A stretch of DNA of 64,000 bases from an uncultured bacterium. GTDB taxonomy: Bacteria; Verrucomicrobiota; Verrucomicrobiia; Limisphaerales; UBA8199. Of this stretch, positions 10,470 through 20,897 are shown in pieces. The notes beneath the pieces were generated by a model. It was not told the origin of the DNA and did no database searches. It worked only from the letters and a program-made list of their open reading frames with translations. The DNA lies in the NCBI GenBank assembly GCA_963749495.1, contig CAVVMW010000019.1, forward strand, positions 160,001 to 224,000, written 5' to 3'. The position numbers and the translations under genes were made by a program. Within the stretch, counting starts at the first letter, position 1; each line of letters opens with the position of its first letter.

Positions 10470-10690
10470 TCTGCCCAACCGGTGGCTTTCTATGAGCTTG
10501 CGAATGAACGCGCGGTCATTCGGCGTTGACTCACCTTTGCTGCCGGAGAAGTCAACTCCGGCAAAGGCAGCCCTCATTTCCTTCATCGCCTTGCTCTCGC
10601 GTTCCTCGCGCGGCAAGCGCAATGCCTCCCGCACGACTTGGCTGGCGTCGCCAAATTCACCCGACTTCACCTGCCTGCTGACGAAACCTT
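10470..10690 (-). pseudogene. 5'-truncated ribbon-helix-helix (ParD-like) antitoxin remnant
   Basis: GFVSRQVKSGEFGDASQVVREALR, paralogous to 20646-20897; in-frame TAA directly upstream of this segment. Confidence 0.6.
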
Positions 10691-10803
10691 ATATGAAATC
10701 GACAACCCATAGACCACGCTCGAAACATCGAGGCCCAGGCTCATCACCTGGGCCTTTTTTTTGCCTGCGTGCGGCCAGCGTACAGAAAAAAAAGCTTCGC
10801 TCC

Positions 10804-10968
10804 AGAATCCCCGTAATCGAATGTGAAGAGCATTTCGTCTTTGAGCCCCAGATCGGTCTCGCCGACCAAAATTTCCGGCGTGAAAGGGCCTTCGTCGGTG
10901 TAAGGGTGATTATACACCCGGCTCTTGCCGCGCTGGTCGCGGTAGCGGAAGTCGTACAGGTGATCGCC
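10804..10968 (-). pseudogene. Fragment of a pRiA4b ORF-3-like protein
   Basis: Reads DHLYDFRYRDQRGKSRVYNHPY...MLFTFDYGDS (DHLY..F and FDYGD motifs); no start or end. Confidence 0.55.
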
Positions 10969-11076
10969 TCAAAATTCCGCCAGTGGTTGCTCAATTGGCC
11001 CAGAAACCGCGGGACCACTTCAATGGGAGGCTCTGGGCATTTGACACCCCTTGCCTGGGCGTTTAACCTCGCCCGC

Positions 11077-11490
11077 ATGGGCAAAGTGGTTGTCAAAGTC
11101 AAACTGACCAACTACGTGGAAGAGCAGTTGAAAAAGCTCAAGCTGCTCAAAGGCAAACCGCGCTCGGTTGAGACCGAGGTGCTGGTTGACACCGGGGCCA
11201 CGCGGCTTTATCTGCGGTCGGGCGTGATTCGGGCGCTGGGCTTGCGGAAGGAGGGCGAGGTGGTGTCGCGAACCACCAATGGCTCACGCAAGCGCGCCGT
11301 CTATCAAGCCGCGCGTCTTGAGCTCATGGGGCGAAACGGGGCGTTCCAAGTGGTGGAAGTGGACGACGAGGTGCCCAACCTCCTCGGCCAGATTCCGCTC
11401 GAATACCTGGATCTTGTCGTGGACCCTAAGGGCCAAAAACTCATTCCCAATCCCGAACACGGTGACAAGCAGATGAGCGAAGAGTATTGA
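11077..11490 (+). CDS. Clan AA (retropepsin-like) aspartic protease
   Basis: VLVDTGATRL catalytic motif and LLGQIPLEYLDLVVDP. Confidence 0.85.
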   Translation: MGKVVVKVKLTNYVEEQLKKLKLLKGKPRSVETEVLVDTGATRLYLRSGVIRALGLRKEGEVVSRTTNGSRKRAVYQAARLELMGRNGAFQVVEVDDEVPNLLGQIPLEYLDLVVDPKGQKLIPNPEHGDKQMSEEY

Positions 11491-11605
11491 GTTATGGAGC
11501 GTGGAACGCCGTCGCATTCGCATCAACCGTGAGTTGGTGTGGCGCCGCGCGCGTATGGGAAATTGCCCCGGCAGGGAAATGCCCGGACTGGTTCCTCCCG
11601 CGTGC

Positions 11606-11649
11606 TTAGCCTTTAGCCTTTAGCCTTTAGCCTTTAGCCTTTAGCCTTT
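11606..11649. repeat. Heptamer tandem array (CCTTTAG) x ~6
   Basis: Directly visible; same unit at 44753-44894 and 60219-60305. Confidence 0.95.
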
Positions 11650-11830
11650 GCCGCACCCGCCGCCTCGTTGAGTTGGGAAAGAGATTTGCCCGCCAAACAC
11701 TGCCCAACGTCCAGGTGTTCCTCTAACGGCGCCGGCCGATGCCGGTGAATCGAGGGACTGTTGTCGGAATCTGAGGTTGTGCCGTTTGGCGGACAGGGGC
11801 ATGAAAGGGTTTCAGCAGCAGGGATACAAC

Positions 11831-11979
11831 CCCTCTCCATGAACCCGTGAGGAGGCCCGCGAGGTTTTGGACTGCGGCAGTCCTCTGCCGCTTTTGTGTC
11901 CCCTCGCTGCCGGCGCGAAAGCGGCAGAGGACTGCCGCAGTCCAAAACCTTCGGACTTGGTGTCGGTTCATGGAGAGGG
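11831..11979. repeat. Composite REP/MITE-like palindrome
   Basis: Outer IR CCCTCTCCATGAACC/GGTTCATGGAGAGGG enclosing TTTTGGACTGCGGCAGTCCTCTGCCGCTTT and its inverse. Confidence 0.9.
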
Positions 11980-11990
11980 CGTCACCCCTC

Positions 11991-12044
11991 ATGTCCCAAT
12001 CTCTGGGCAACATCGTTGTTCACCTTGTCTTCAGCACCAAAAGC
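11991..12044 (+). pseudogene. tnpA: N-terminal fragment of IS200/RAYT-type Y1 transposase
   Basis: MSQSLGNIVVHLVFSTKS matches the Y1 transposase N-terminal H-L-V-F-S-T-K motif; flanked by REP palindromes. Confidence 0.75.
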
Positions 12045-12050
12045 CATCTT

Positions 12051-12200
12051 CCGCCCCTACAGGGCGGAGGAAACGTCTCTTTCGGCGCTTACCTGGGGCT
12101 GCGCGCTGCGCGCTTCACCCCAGGCTTTCACATTGCGGGCCTTCGGCCCTCTCCCCATCCCCGATCCTATCGGGGAAGGGGAGAGGGTTTGGGGTAAGGG
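12051..12200. repeat. Cluster of REP-like palindromes
   Basis: CCGCCCCTACAGGGCGG; CCTGGGG...CCCCAGG; CCCTCTCCCC...GGGAGAGGG. Confidence 0.75.
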
Positions 12201-12300
12201 GCCTGCCCGCGCTGCCGCTCCCGCCTTCATTGAGGCCTTACGCCGGACTCGCGGCCGCTATTGACCAGGCGGAGCCAGCCCGTTAAAACAGGGATCCGTG

Positions 12301-15243
12301 ATGCGAATTCCACATTTCAAGTTGGTTGTGATTTTCCTCGCCGTCGCGCTGCCGGTCGGAGCGGCCTCCTATTACACGCAACGTCTGGAAGATCCCAAGG
12401 CGGCGTATGTGACCAGGCCTGGTTCCGGGGATGCCACCACCCTTTTGCAGGAGGCGATCAATCGCGTCCAGGAGACGACCGGCCAGGGCATTGTGCTCCT
12501 CGCCGAAGGCCGCTATCGCGTCACCCACACCCTGTTCATCTGGCCGGGCATCCGCCTGATCGGCTGCGGCGCCACGCGGCCCGTCATCGTTTTGCCTGCC
12601 AACACTCCGGGTTTTCAGGACCCCTCGCGCGAGAAGGTCCTGTTCTTCTTCGCCGGAGGCCGGCCTGGCTTCGGGCGCGGCCGCCAGCGCAACCCGGAGG
12701 CGGCCAATCCCGATGCGCCCGTTCCCGACGCCAATCCCGGCACGTTCTATTCCGCGCTCGCGAACGTCAATATCGAGATCGAGGACGGCAACGCCGGGGC
12801 CGTCGCGGTCCGCGCGCGTTACGCCCAGCACTGCTTTCTCGCGCACATCGATTTTCGGCTCGGGCCCGCGCTGGCGGCGGTTCATGAGGCCGGCAACGCA
12901 GCTGAGGACATCCGCTGCTTTGGGGGACGCTACGCCATCTGGACCTCGAAACCCTCGCCCGGCTGGCAGTTCACCATGATTGATTGCCTTTTTGAAGGCC
13001 AGCGCGAGGCCGCCATATTCGAACGCGAAGCCGGCCTCACCCTCATCCGTCCCCAGTTCCGGCGTGTGCCCACGGCCGTGGCCATCGAACCCGGCTGTGC
13101 CGACGAACTCTGGGTCAAGGACGCCCGCCTCGAAGAGGTCTCCGGCCCGGCGTTCGTTTTCGGCGTCGAGAACAACCCGCGCAACGAGATCAACGTCGAA
13201 GGCGCCGCTTGCCGCGCGGTGCCGGTCTTCGCTGCGATGCGCGACAGCGGCAAACGGTTTGTCGCCCCGCGGGGTAGCGGGCTGAACCTGGGTGCCGCCG
13301 CTTCATCGGACACCTACGTTGTGGAGAGGTTTACCCACGGGCTGCACTACGCGGACATCGGCGCGGCTCCTCAAATTGTGACCTCATTTGGAGCGCATCC
13401 TTGCTCAACGCTGCCCTCGCCCGTCCCGTCCGACCTGCCCGCCCTTCCCGCCTGCGATACCTGGGTGAACTTGCGCGACCTTGGCGCCAAGGGCGACGGC
13501 GTCACCGACGACACGGAGGCGCTTCAAAAGGCCATCGCCGGCCACCGGGCGATTTACCTCCCTTCGGGCTTCTACAGCGTGCGGGACACGCTCACCCTGC
13601 GTCCCGACACGGTACTGATTGGCCTTCACCCCGGCGCGACGCAGCTCATCCTGCCCGATGGCACGCCCGGTTATCAGGGCATCGGTGGTCCCAAGGCATT
13701 GCTCGAGGCGCCCAAAGGGGGCAGCAACATCGTCCTCGGGATCGGCCTCTACACCAGCGGCAACAACCGGCGCGCCGTAGCCGCCCTCTGGAAGGCCGGC
13801 CCCAACTCGATGATGAACGATGTCCGGTTCCTCGGCGGCCACGGCACCCCCAAACCCGACGGCTCCCGCGAGAATCCCTACAACCCCAACCACACCGCCG
13901 ACCCCGACCCCAATCGCCGTTGGGACAGCCAGTTCCCCAGCCTTTGGGTCACCGGCGGCGGCGGCGGCACTTTCCTGGATCTCTGGACCCCGTCCACCTT
14001 CGCCCAGGCCGGCATGCTCGTCTCCGACACCGAGACCGAGGGCCGCGTCTATCAGATGTCGAGCGAGCACCATGTCCGCCACGAGGTCCAAATCCGCAAC
14101 GCCGCCCACTGGCGCTTTTACGCCCTTCAAACCGAGGGAGAGCGCGGCGAGAGCGGTTTCGACCTCCCGCTCGAAATCGAATCGTCTCACGACATCACCC
14201 TCGCCAATTTCCACATCTACCGCGTGATCAGTTCCTTTGGGCCTTTCCCCTGGGCCGTCAAGGTGTCCAACTCCCGCAACGTCCGTTTCCGCAATCTCCA
14301 CTGCTACAGCAACAGCAAAGTGAGCTTCGACGCCGCTGTCTATGACCCGGCGCACAACGCTCAAATCCGCCAGCGCGAGTTCGCCTGGCTCGACCTCTCC
14401 GGCCGCCCGCCGCGACCCGGGTCCGCCGCGCGCTCCTCGGTCCTCGCCCGCGGCGCCAAAGTCGAGAAACTCGCCGACGGTTTCTTCAACATCTCCGGCG
14501 GCGCTGCCGGTCCCCAGGGCGACTTCTACTTTGTCGATGCCCATTGGAACCGCATCTACCGCTGGGACCACGCCTCGCGCCGGCTCTCGACCGTCAGCGA
14601 TTTCCCCCTCGAGCCCGTCAACCTGGCCGTTGACCAGGCCGGCAATGTCCTGGTCGTCTCCTACGCCGGCAAAGGCATCGTCTATACCCTGCAGCCGGGC
14701 CGCGACATCACCCTCCTCAAACCGGAGGCGGTTGCCGCCAGGACCGGAACGACTTTCTTCCTGCCCGCGAGCGACTGGCGCATCAACCGCCAATCGCTCG
14801 CCCACCCCTCGGCCCATTTCATCTCCCCCGATGGCACGATGGTGGTGCCTGCTGGCGCGGACTTTCTCAACGGGGCGATGAGCTGGGGAGTCAAATCCAG
14901 CCCGCAGATCCGTTCCTTCGGCCTGGCTCCGGCGTTGCCCGGGCGGGCTTTTTACGTCACTGACGAAGCCGAACTCACCACCTGGGCGGCCGAGGTGGGT
15001 GCGGATGGAAGCCTCGGTGATTTCCACCTCTTCGCGGACCAGGGAGGCGAAGGCGTGGCCGTTGACTTGCGCGGCAACGTGTACATCGCCGCCGGCCAGA
15101 TCTTCGTCTGCACGCCGGCCGGCAGACTCATCGAGACCATCGAAGTGCCCGAGCGGCCCTTGGGATTGGTCTTTGGCGGTCCTGATCGCAAGACGCTTTT
15201 CATCCCCGCCCGCACCTCGCTCTATTCCGTACACCTGCGATGA
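12301..15243 (+). CDS. Secreted beta-helix glycoside hydrolase-like protein with C-terminal SMP-30/gluconolactonase beta-propeller
   Basis: Signal peptide; NLRDLGAKGDGVTDDTEALQKAI motif; C-terminal GEGVAVDLRGNVYIA...FGGPDRKTLFI. Confidence 0.85.
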   Translation: MRIPHFKLVVIFLAVALPVGAASYYTQRLEDPKAAYVTRPGSGDATTLLQEAINRVQETTGQGIVLLAEGRYRVTHTLFIWPGIRLIGCGATRPVIVLPANTPGFQDPSREKVLFFFAGGRPGFGRGRQRNPEAANPDAPVPDANPGTFYSALANVNIEIEDGNAGAVAVRARYAQHCFLAHIDFRLGPALAAVHEAGNAAEDIRCFGGRYAIWTSKPSPGWQFTMIDCLFEGQREAAIFEREAGLTLIRPQFRRVPTAVAIEPGCADELWVKDARLEEVSGPAFVFGVENNPRNEINVEGAACRAVPVFAAMRDSGKRFVAPRGSGLNLGAAASSDTYVVERFTHGLHYADIGAAPQIVTSFGAHPCSTLPSPVPSDLPALPACDTWVNLRDLGAKGDGVTDDTEALQKAIAGHRAIYLPSGFYSVRDTLTLRPDTVLIGLHPGATQLILPDGTPGYQGIGGPKALLEAPKGGSNIVLGIGLYTSGNNRRAVAALWKAGPNSMMNDVRFLGGHGTPKPDGSRENPYNPNHTADPDPNRRWDSQFPSLWVTGGGGGTFLDLWTPSTFAQAGMLVSDTETEGRVYQMSSEHHVRHEVQIRNAAHWRFYALQTEGERGESGFDLPLEIESSHDITLANFHIYRVISSFGPFPWAVKVSNSRNVRFRNLHCYSNSKVSFDAAVYDPAHNAQIRQREFAWLDLSGRPPRPGSAARSSVLARGAKVEKLADGFFNISGGAAGPQGDFYFVDAHWNRIYRWDHASRRLSTVSDFPLEPVNLAVDQAGNVLVVSYAGKGIVYTLQPGRDITLLKPEAVAARTGTTFFLPASDWRINRQSLAHPSAHFISPDGTMVVPAGADFLNGAMSWGVKSSPQIRSFGLAPALPGRAFYVTDEAELTTWAAEVGADGSLGDFHLFADQGGEGVAVDLRGNVYIAAGQIFVCTPAGRLIETIEVPERPLGLVFGGPDRKTLFIPARTSLYSVHLR

Positions 15244-15285
15244 CTCCGCCGCGCCGCACCACCCAGGAGGCAGTGCGGGCCAATT

Positions 15286-15376
15286 TGGGACGCCAACGGC
15301 GTCATTCATACCAGCCCAGGGCAACGCCCTGGGTTTATCGGCCAAAGGCCATTCTGAGCGCTGAAGGCGCGACTCA
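15286..15376. repeat. REP-like palindromes
   Basis: GACGCCAACGGCGTC, CCCAGGGCAACGCCCTGGG, GCGCTGAAGGCGC. Confidence 0.7.
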
Positions 15377-15486
15377 TTGTGCTGAGGGATTGTTGTAGCG
15401 GCCCGGCGATGTCCGTTTGAGGTGCCCTCAGCCAATTCGGCCTTTTTTTTTGCACAAGCCCTTAGCGCGCCAGGCCGCGCCCCGCT

Positions 15487-16551
15487 TCAGTGCCGGGCGG
15501 CCAGCCGCTGCCGCCAGGAAGCGGCGATCTCCTCGAAGATCTGCGTGAGATTGCGGGTCAGGCTCCAATTCGGGAAGTGCGCCCGCATTTTTCGCAGGTC
15601 GCTGTAATAGCAGATATGGTCGCCATCGCGGGCCTGGTCAACGTAGGTATGGACCTGGCGTTTGTTTGTGCAAGCCTCGACGAGTTCAAAGGCCTCAAGG
15701 ATGGAACAAGAGTTGCCTTTGCCGCCGCCCAGGTTATAAACCTCGCCGCACCGCGGGGCCTGGAAAAACTCGAACATGAAACCGGCCACATCCGCCGAGT
15801 GGATGTTGTCCCGCACTTGCTTGCCTTTATAGCCGTATATCTTGTACTGGCGGCCGTCCAGGTTGCACTTGACGAGGTAGCTCAGGAACCCGTGGAGTTC
15901 GACCCCGGAATGATTGGGACCGGTGAGGCAACCCCCTCGCAGGCAGCAGGTGGGCATGCCGAAATACCGCCCATACTCCTGCACCATCACGTCGGCGGCA
16001 ACCTTCGAGGCGCCGAAGAGCGAGTGCTTGGACTGGTCAATGGAAAAGCTCTCCGGGATGCCATTCGCAAACGCCGCGTCCGCGTAGTCCCACCGCTTCG
16101 CCAGCTCCCGGAGCGCGATCGTGTTGGGCCGGTCGCCATAAACCTTGTTGGTGGACATGTGGATGAACGGCGCCTCGGGGCAGAAGCGCCGCGCCGCTTC
16201 CAGCCAGTTGAGCGTGCCCACCGCGTTCACCTCAAAGTCGTCGAATGGGATGCGCGCCGCCAGGTCGTGCGAGGGCTGGGCCGCCGCATGGATGAGGGCG
16301 TCCGGCTTCAGGGCCTTTGCCAACTCGAGCACCCCGGCGCGATCGCGGATGTCCAGTTCGTGGTGTTGAAAATGCGGCAGTTGGTCCCGCAGCCGTTCCT
16401 GGTTCCACCGAGTATTGCCATCCGGACCAAAAAAGACCTCCCGCTGGTTATTGTCCACCCCGTGCACGGCAAAGCCGCGCTGATGGAAGAGCACAGCCAC
16501 TTCCGAACCGATCAAGCCGGACGCCCCCGTTATCAGACAGATTTTGCGCAT
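15487..16551 (-). CDS. NAD-dependent sugar epimerase/dehydratase (CDP-paratose 2-epimerase-like)
   Basis: ITGASGLIG Rossmann motif, [21 protein letters not shown]. Confidence 0.9.
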   Translation of the reverse strand: MRKICLITGASGLIGSEVAVLFHQRGFAVHGVDNNQREVFFGPDGNTRWNQERLRDQLPHFQHHELDIRDRAGVLELAKALKPDALIHAAAQPSHDLAARIPFDDFEVNAVGTLNWLEAARRFCPEAPFIHMSTNKVYGDRPNTIALRELAKRWDYADAAFANGIPESFSIDQSKHSLFGASKVAADVMVQEYGRYFGMPTCCLRGGCLTGPNHSGVELHGFLSYLVKCNLDGRQYKIYGYKGKQVRDNIHSADVAGFMFEFFQAPRCGEVYNLGGGKGNSCSILEAFELVEACTNKRQVHTYVDQARDGDHICYYSDLRKMRAHFPNWSLTRNLTQIFEEIAASWRQRLAARH

Positions 16552-16716
16552 TCTGAACCTGTTTTCTCCCCCGAGAGTCAGGACGGCACATCATACGGCC
16601 TTTCCATTCCGGTGGGAAGCATCGTTTTTTCGGAAAGGGAGGGGCTGGGGCGCATCTCACCTGTGTCGAGCCCCGCCGAACCGGGCGATTGGAGTGCGGG
16701 TCCGGAGTCGCGGAGC

Positions 16717-16796
16717 GTTTTGGACTGCGGCAGTCCTCTGCCGCTTTTCGGACGCTGGGGACGCGAAAGCGCCAGAGGACTGGCGCAGTCCAAAAC
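16717..16796. repeat. REP palindrome (same family as the 11865-11948 core)
   Basis: TTTTGGACTGCGGCAGTCCTCTGCCGCTTT...AAAGCGCCAGAGGACTGGCGCAGTCCAAAA. Confidence 0.9.
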
Positions 16797-16986
16797 CTTG
16801 CGGGCTTCCCGGTCAAGGAGGCGCTCGGGAGCTCCACCGACGTCCTCGCACCTCCTGCTAAAGCCGCGCCGGTAAACCAGAGGTTGAAGCTCCCCAAGGG
16901 AAAGTTTGACCAAGTTCACGATTTGCTGTCAATTTGCTTGCTCGGACATTCAACGCAGGATTTGAAATGCAACCGCCGTCTCTCTT

Positions 16987-17448
16987 ATGAGTGCTGAAGC
17001 CCGCCTGGAGCAACTCAGGCTCCAACTGCCGCCCGCGCCCAAGCCGGTCGGTGTCTATAAACCGCTGCTGGTCCTGGGCAATCTTGCCTATGCCTCGGGT
17101 CATGGTCCGTTCAAGCCGGACGGCTCGCTTGTCGTCGGCCGGGTGGACCGGGACCTGGATTTGGCCGCCGGCAAAGCGGCGGCGCGACTGACCGGCCTGG
17201 CCATTCTGGCCAGCTTGCGCCAGGTCCTGGGCAGCCTCGACCGGGTGGAACAGGTCGTGAAGGTCCTTGGGATGGTCAATTGCACGCCGGAATTTCGCGA
17301 TCATCCGCAGGTGATCAACGGGTGCAGCGAACTGTTCGCGGAGATCTGGGGACCGGACAAAGGTGTCGGCGCTCGCAGCGCCGTGGGCATGGCCTCGCTG
17401 CCGGGCAATATCGCCGTCGAGATTGAGGCCATCTTCTCAATCAAGTAG
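16987..17448 (+). CDS. RidA/YjgF family protein
   Basis: PKPVGVYKP, SGHGP, ARSAVGMASLPGNIAVEIE. Confidence 0.9.
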   Translation: MSAEARLEQLRLQLPPAPKPVGVYKPLLVLGNLAYASGHGPFKPDGSLVVGRVDRDLDLAAGKAAARLTGLAILASLRQVLGSLDRVEQVVKVLGMVNCTPEFRDHPQVINGCSELFAEIWGPDKGVGARSAVGMASLPGNIAVEIEAIFSIK

Positions 17449-17524
17449 AGACCTCCGCCCGTCCGTGCTGTAACGATCTGCGCGCCAGCCACCCCCGATA
17501 CGGTTTGCCAGTTGCCGAGTCAGG

Positions 17525-18907
17525 ATGGAAACTCACGCCACAAACCCGAAATCCTCTCCACGGGCTTGGTTTGAAGGGGCCGACACAGCCTCAATCACGT
17601 TCGATGCTCACCTGGATTTGGCCATGAACGCAATGGAATGGAACCGTGATTTGACCCGGCCCATTCAGGCAATCCGGCAACGCGAGCACGGGCTGGGCGA
17701 CAAACCGGACCGCGGTCGAGGCACCGTCTGTTTTCCTGAAATGCGGCGAGGCGCAGTCGGCCTCTGTGTCGCCACCCAAATCGCGCGGTATGTCAAACCG
17801 ACAAACCCCCTGCCCGGCTGGGATAGTCCCGCCCAGGCCTGGGCGCAAACCCAAGGCCAGTTGGCTTGGTATCAGGCGATGGAAGAAACCCGACAGATGG
17901 TCCGCATCACCGAGCGGGCAGGACTGGAAAAGCACCTTGAGCTTTGGCGGTCCTGGCTGGCTCGCAAGCAAGAACCAGGCGATGCTAATGCGGCGCATCC
18001 TGACACTGCCCCCGGAGTGCGCCCGTCCCCGGGCGCAGCAGCGACGGAGCGGGCAAGCGCGCTGGAGTGTTTGACCGCTGCCCTGGCTGCGGACGTTGCT
18101 GCGCCCGAGGACGGGCGCACTCCGGTCCGGCCCCCGACAGTGGGGGCAGCGTCGGGATGCGCCCATGCCAACGCGCAGCAGACGGCCGACTCGGTCCTGG
18201 ATCAACCCGCCATTGGTTATGTCTTGAGCCTGGAAGGCGCGGACTCGCTCCTGAGCGTGCAACACGTGGAGCGGGCCTACGCACAAGGCTTGCGAGCGAT
18301 CGGGCCCGCCCATTACGGACCAGGCACTTATGCGCAGGGCACCGATGCGTCCGGAGGCCTCGGCACAAAGGGCAGGCAACTGCTCAAAGCGATGCAGCAG
18401 CTTGGAATCATACTCGATGTCACCCACCTCTGTGACGAGAGCTTTTGGGAGGCGGTGGACCTGTTCCCCGGTCCGGTCTGGGCCAGCCATTCCAATTGCC
18501 GGGCACTGGTGCCCCACCCACGGCAGCTTTCCGACGAGCAAATCAAATGCCTCATCCAGCGCGGTGCGGTTATCGGGATAGCCCTGGATGCCTGGATGCT
18601 GGTCCCCGTCTGGGTCCGGGGCCAGACGACGCCCCAGGCAACGGGTCTGACACTGGAGCGGTTCGTGGACCACGTTAACCACATCTGCCAGGTCGCTGGC
18701 AGCGCGCTGCACGTGGGGATTGGCTCGGACCTCGACGGCGGCTTTGGGCGAGAGCAAACACCGGTGGATTTGGACACTATCGCCGATCTGGCGCGATTGC
18801 CGGGCATGCTCAGGGCACGGGGTTATGGCGATGACGACATTGACCAAATCAGGCGCGGCAATTTCATCCGCCTTCTGAGAGAAGCCTGGCCTGGAAGGCC
18901 CCCGTGA
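17525..18907 (+). CDS. Membrane dipeptidase (peptidase M19) with in-frame repeat-derived insertion
   Basis: DAHLD, SLEGAD, LDVTH, ASHSN, GIGSDLDG motifs. Confidence 0.9.
   Translation: METHATNPKSSPRAWFEGADTASITFDAHLDLAMNAMEWNRDLTRPIQAIRQREHGLGDKPDRGRGTVCFPEMRRGAVGLCVATQIARYVKPTNPLPGWDSPAQAWAQTQGQLAWYQAMEETRQMVRITERAGLEKHLELWRSWLARKQEPGDANAAHPDTAPGVRPSPGAAATERASALECLTAALAADVAAPEDGRTPVRPPTVGAASGCAHANAQQTADSVLDQPAIGYVLSLEGADSLLSVQHVERAYAQGLRAIGPAHYGPGTYAQGTDASGGLGTKGRQLLKAMQQLGIILDVTHLCDESFWEAVDLFPGPVWASHSNCRALVPHPRQLSDEQIKCLIQRGAVIGIALDAWMLVPVWVRGQTTPQATGLTLERFVDHVNHICQVAGSALHVGIGSDLDGGFGREQTPVDLDTIADLARLPGMLRARGYGDDDIDQIRRGNFIRLLREAWPGRPP
17992..18163. repeat. Palindromic element inside the dipeptidase CDS
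   Basis: Outer IR GGCGCATCCTGACA/GTCGGGATGCGCC; inner CGGAGTGCGCCCGTCC...GGACGGGCGCACTCCG; near-identical intergenic copy at 38124-38295. Confidence 0.9.
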
Positions 18908-18929
18908 TGGAGGGAGCGGCCTCGCGGGC

Positions 18930-19079
18930 AACCCCTCACCCCAACCCTCTCCCCATCCGATGGGGAGAGGGAGAATTCTCCGTAGCGTCTTGAGGAAGCG
19001 GAGACCCCAGGAAATTCCAGAGACTGCCGAGGCTTCTCCCTCTCCCCGTCGGACGGGGAGAGGGTCGGGGTGAGGGGTT
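18930..19079. repeat. REP-like element (CCCCTCACCCC..CCCTCTCCCC family)
   Basis: Terminal IR AACCCCTCACCCC/GGGGTGAGGGGTT and two internal hairpins; sister copy 60655-60802. Confidence 0.9.
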
Positions 19080-19160
19080 CCCCGGGGACTCAATCTCCCC
19101 CTGCACTGACCGGTTACCCTGGCCTGGAAACGGCGGTTGACGGCAAAGCGCGCCTTGGAC

Positions 19161-20318
19161 TTATTTCTGGCCGTACCTGTTGAGCAACCATCCGATGGCG
19201 TTCTCCTCGCCGAAGCTTAGGGCGCGCTCGTTGTAACTGAGCCAGTCCTCGGAGGTCATTTGCTCCATGAAAGAGGATACCTGTTTGACCATGTCCTGGA
19301 TGGAATCTCTCCGCTGGGTCAGTTGGTCGAGCTGTTCCTGGACCGTGCCGCCGCCGTACCCGCTGGACGGGTCCATCGAATCGAGTGCCATCCGCTCGAC
19401 GGCGATGCCCACCAATCGAGTCAGCAGTGGGACGCAGGTTCCTGATGGCGCATCCAGTTGTTGGCCCAGGCCGATCGCCATCTGCAACGCGGCCTGCGCC
19501 GAGTTCTCATCGCCGGCCTTGCGATAGGAAGCGGCGAGATCAACCATGTTTTGAGCCAGCGTCTTCATTTCGGCCAGTTGTGGGAGCGCCACGCCCCAGG
19601 TCGCCGCCATTTTCGCGTCGGCTTCCGAGTAACCGGCCGCTCGATAGGCCTCTTCGTCAGCTTGAATGCGCTCCACCGTGTAATCGGCGAACCCTTGCCG
19701 CCCCGATGCGGCGATGAGTTCCTGCACCGCCTGGTCGGTCTGGCCCGACTTGAAGTAATCCAACGCGGAGAGATAGCCGGCCATCGGGTTTTCAGGCGCC
19801 GCCTTCTTGAAGGCTTCCAGCCACTCGCGTCGTTCCGTGGGCGAGGCGTCCTTTCTCAATACGGCCTCGAAGGCCACTTCGGGGTCGCCGGGATGTTTCT
19901 CCATCGCCTCTTGCAGCAACGCCGGATCTTTGGAAGTGCGGTACGCCGAGAGCAGGCTGGCGGCGCTCCGGTGGTTCTCATCAAGATAACGTTTGATTTG
20001 CGCGGCGGTTAACGGCGGCACTTCCCCTCCGTGCACCAGACGGGCGATGAGATTCGTGGGGGACAGTTCTTTCGCCGATTCCGAACCGGTGACGCCGGGC
20101 ATTGGCGGGGCGGGAAGGCGCAGGGCAGGCACGCCCCTGATTCGTCTCAGGCGATTTGAGAGGCTCTCATTCTCCGAACCGAGTTGCGCCAGCTTTTGAC
20201 GCAGCAATTCGTTTTGGCCGCGCAATGCCGTTTGCGACCGGTGTTGGGACACCACGATTATCGCCGCTCCGCCAAGCAAGAGGCCGGCAACAGCACGCTG
20301 GACGTTGGTCATGCTCAT
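19161..20318 (-). CDS. Hypothetical membrane-anchored coiled-coil/helical-repeat protein
   Basis: Long ORF with N-terminal hydrophobic helix, then coiled coil QNELLRQKLAQLGSENESLSNRL. Confidence 0.7.
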   Translation of the reverse strand: MSMTNVQRAVAGLLLGGAAIIVVSQHRSQTALRGQNELLRQKLAQLGSENESLSNRLRRIRGVPALRLPAPPMPGVTGSESAKELSPTNLIARLVHGGEVPPLTAAQIKRYLDENHRSAASLLSAYRTSKDPALLQEAMEKHPGDPEVAFEAVLRKDASPTERREWLEAFKKAAPENPMAGYLSALDYFKSGQTDQAVQELIAASGRQGFADYTVERIQADEEAYRAAGYSEADAKMAATWGVALPQLAEMKTLAQNMVDLAASYRKAGDENSAQAALQMAIGLGQQLDAPSGTCVPLLTRLVGIAVERMALDSMDPSSGYGGGTVQEQLDQLTQRRDSIQDMVKQVSSFMEQMTSEDWLSYNERALSFGEENAIGWLLNRYGQK

Positions 20319-20645
20319 GTTTTGCTGTGCGAGATCGGTCGTCACGAACTCACATCGCAGATTCGACAAAGCCCACACGAAAACGGCACGGATCTCCTTC
20401 GCTGATGGCGAATGGCCAACGGTTCAAAGATCCAAAGGGGCAAACAACGCGGCCAGATGCGAGACTACCCGCCCGCGTTCCGGGCTGAAAACCCACGCCG
20501 GCGCGTTGACAAACGGTTCACCACGAAGGGCGCTTAGACTTGACGCCTATCGTTTTCGTGATCTCTTCGAAGTGCTCGGAAGGTGGCTCCTCCTGGCCCG
20601 CGGCAGGGATTGACACGCCGTTCCGGCGGACTATCGTGAGGCTGT

Positions 20646-20897
20646 ATGGCAACCAAGACTATCCGGGTGGCCCTGCCGGACCAGTTGAGCGGCTTCGTTC
20701 AGCGCGCGGTCAAGGGTGGACAATACCAGGACGCGAGTGAAGTCATTCGCGAGGCCCTTCGCCGGATGGAGGCGGCCGAGTTGGCGGAAGAACTCAGACA
20801 ATTCGAACACGCCTTTGCGGGCGGGCACGACCGGGCCGAGACGGGGGAAGACACACAGCGCGTGGAATCCGCCGTGCGAGACGGCCGCAAGAGGTGA
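20646..20897 (+). CDS. Ribbon-helix-helix (ParD-like) antitoxin
   Basis: FVQRAVKGGQYQDASEVIREALR; TTGACA-16-TATCGT promoter-like site at 20610. Confidence 0.85.
   Translation: MATKTIRVALPDQLSGFVQRAVKGGQYQDASEVIREALRRMEAAELAEELRQFEHAFAGGHDRAETGEDTQRVESAVRDGRKR

Noticed and set aside
10459..11076. N-terminal 206 aa of the 343-aa ORF
   Set aside because: Antisense to gene fragments; the recognisable protease starts at ATG 11077
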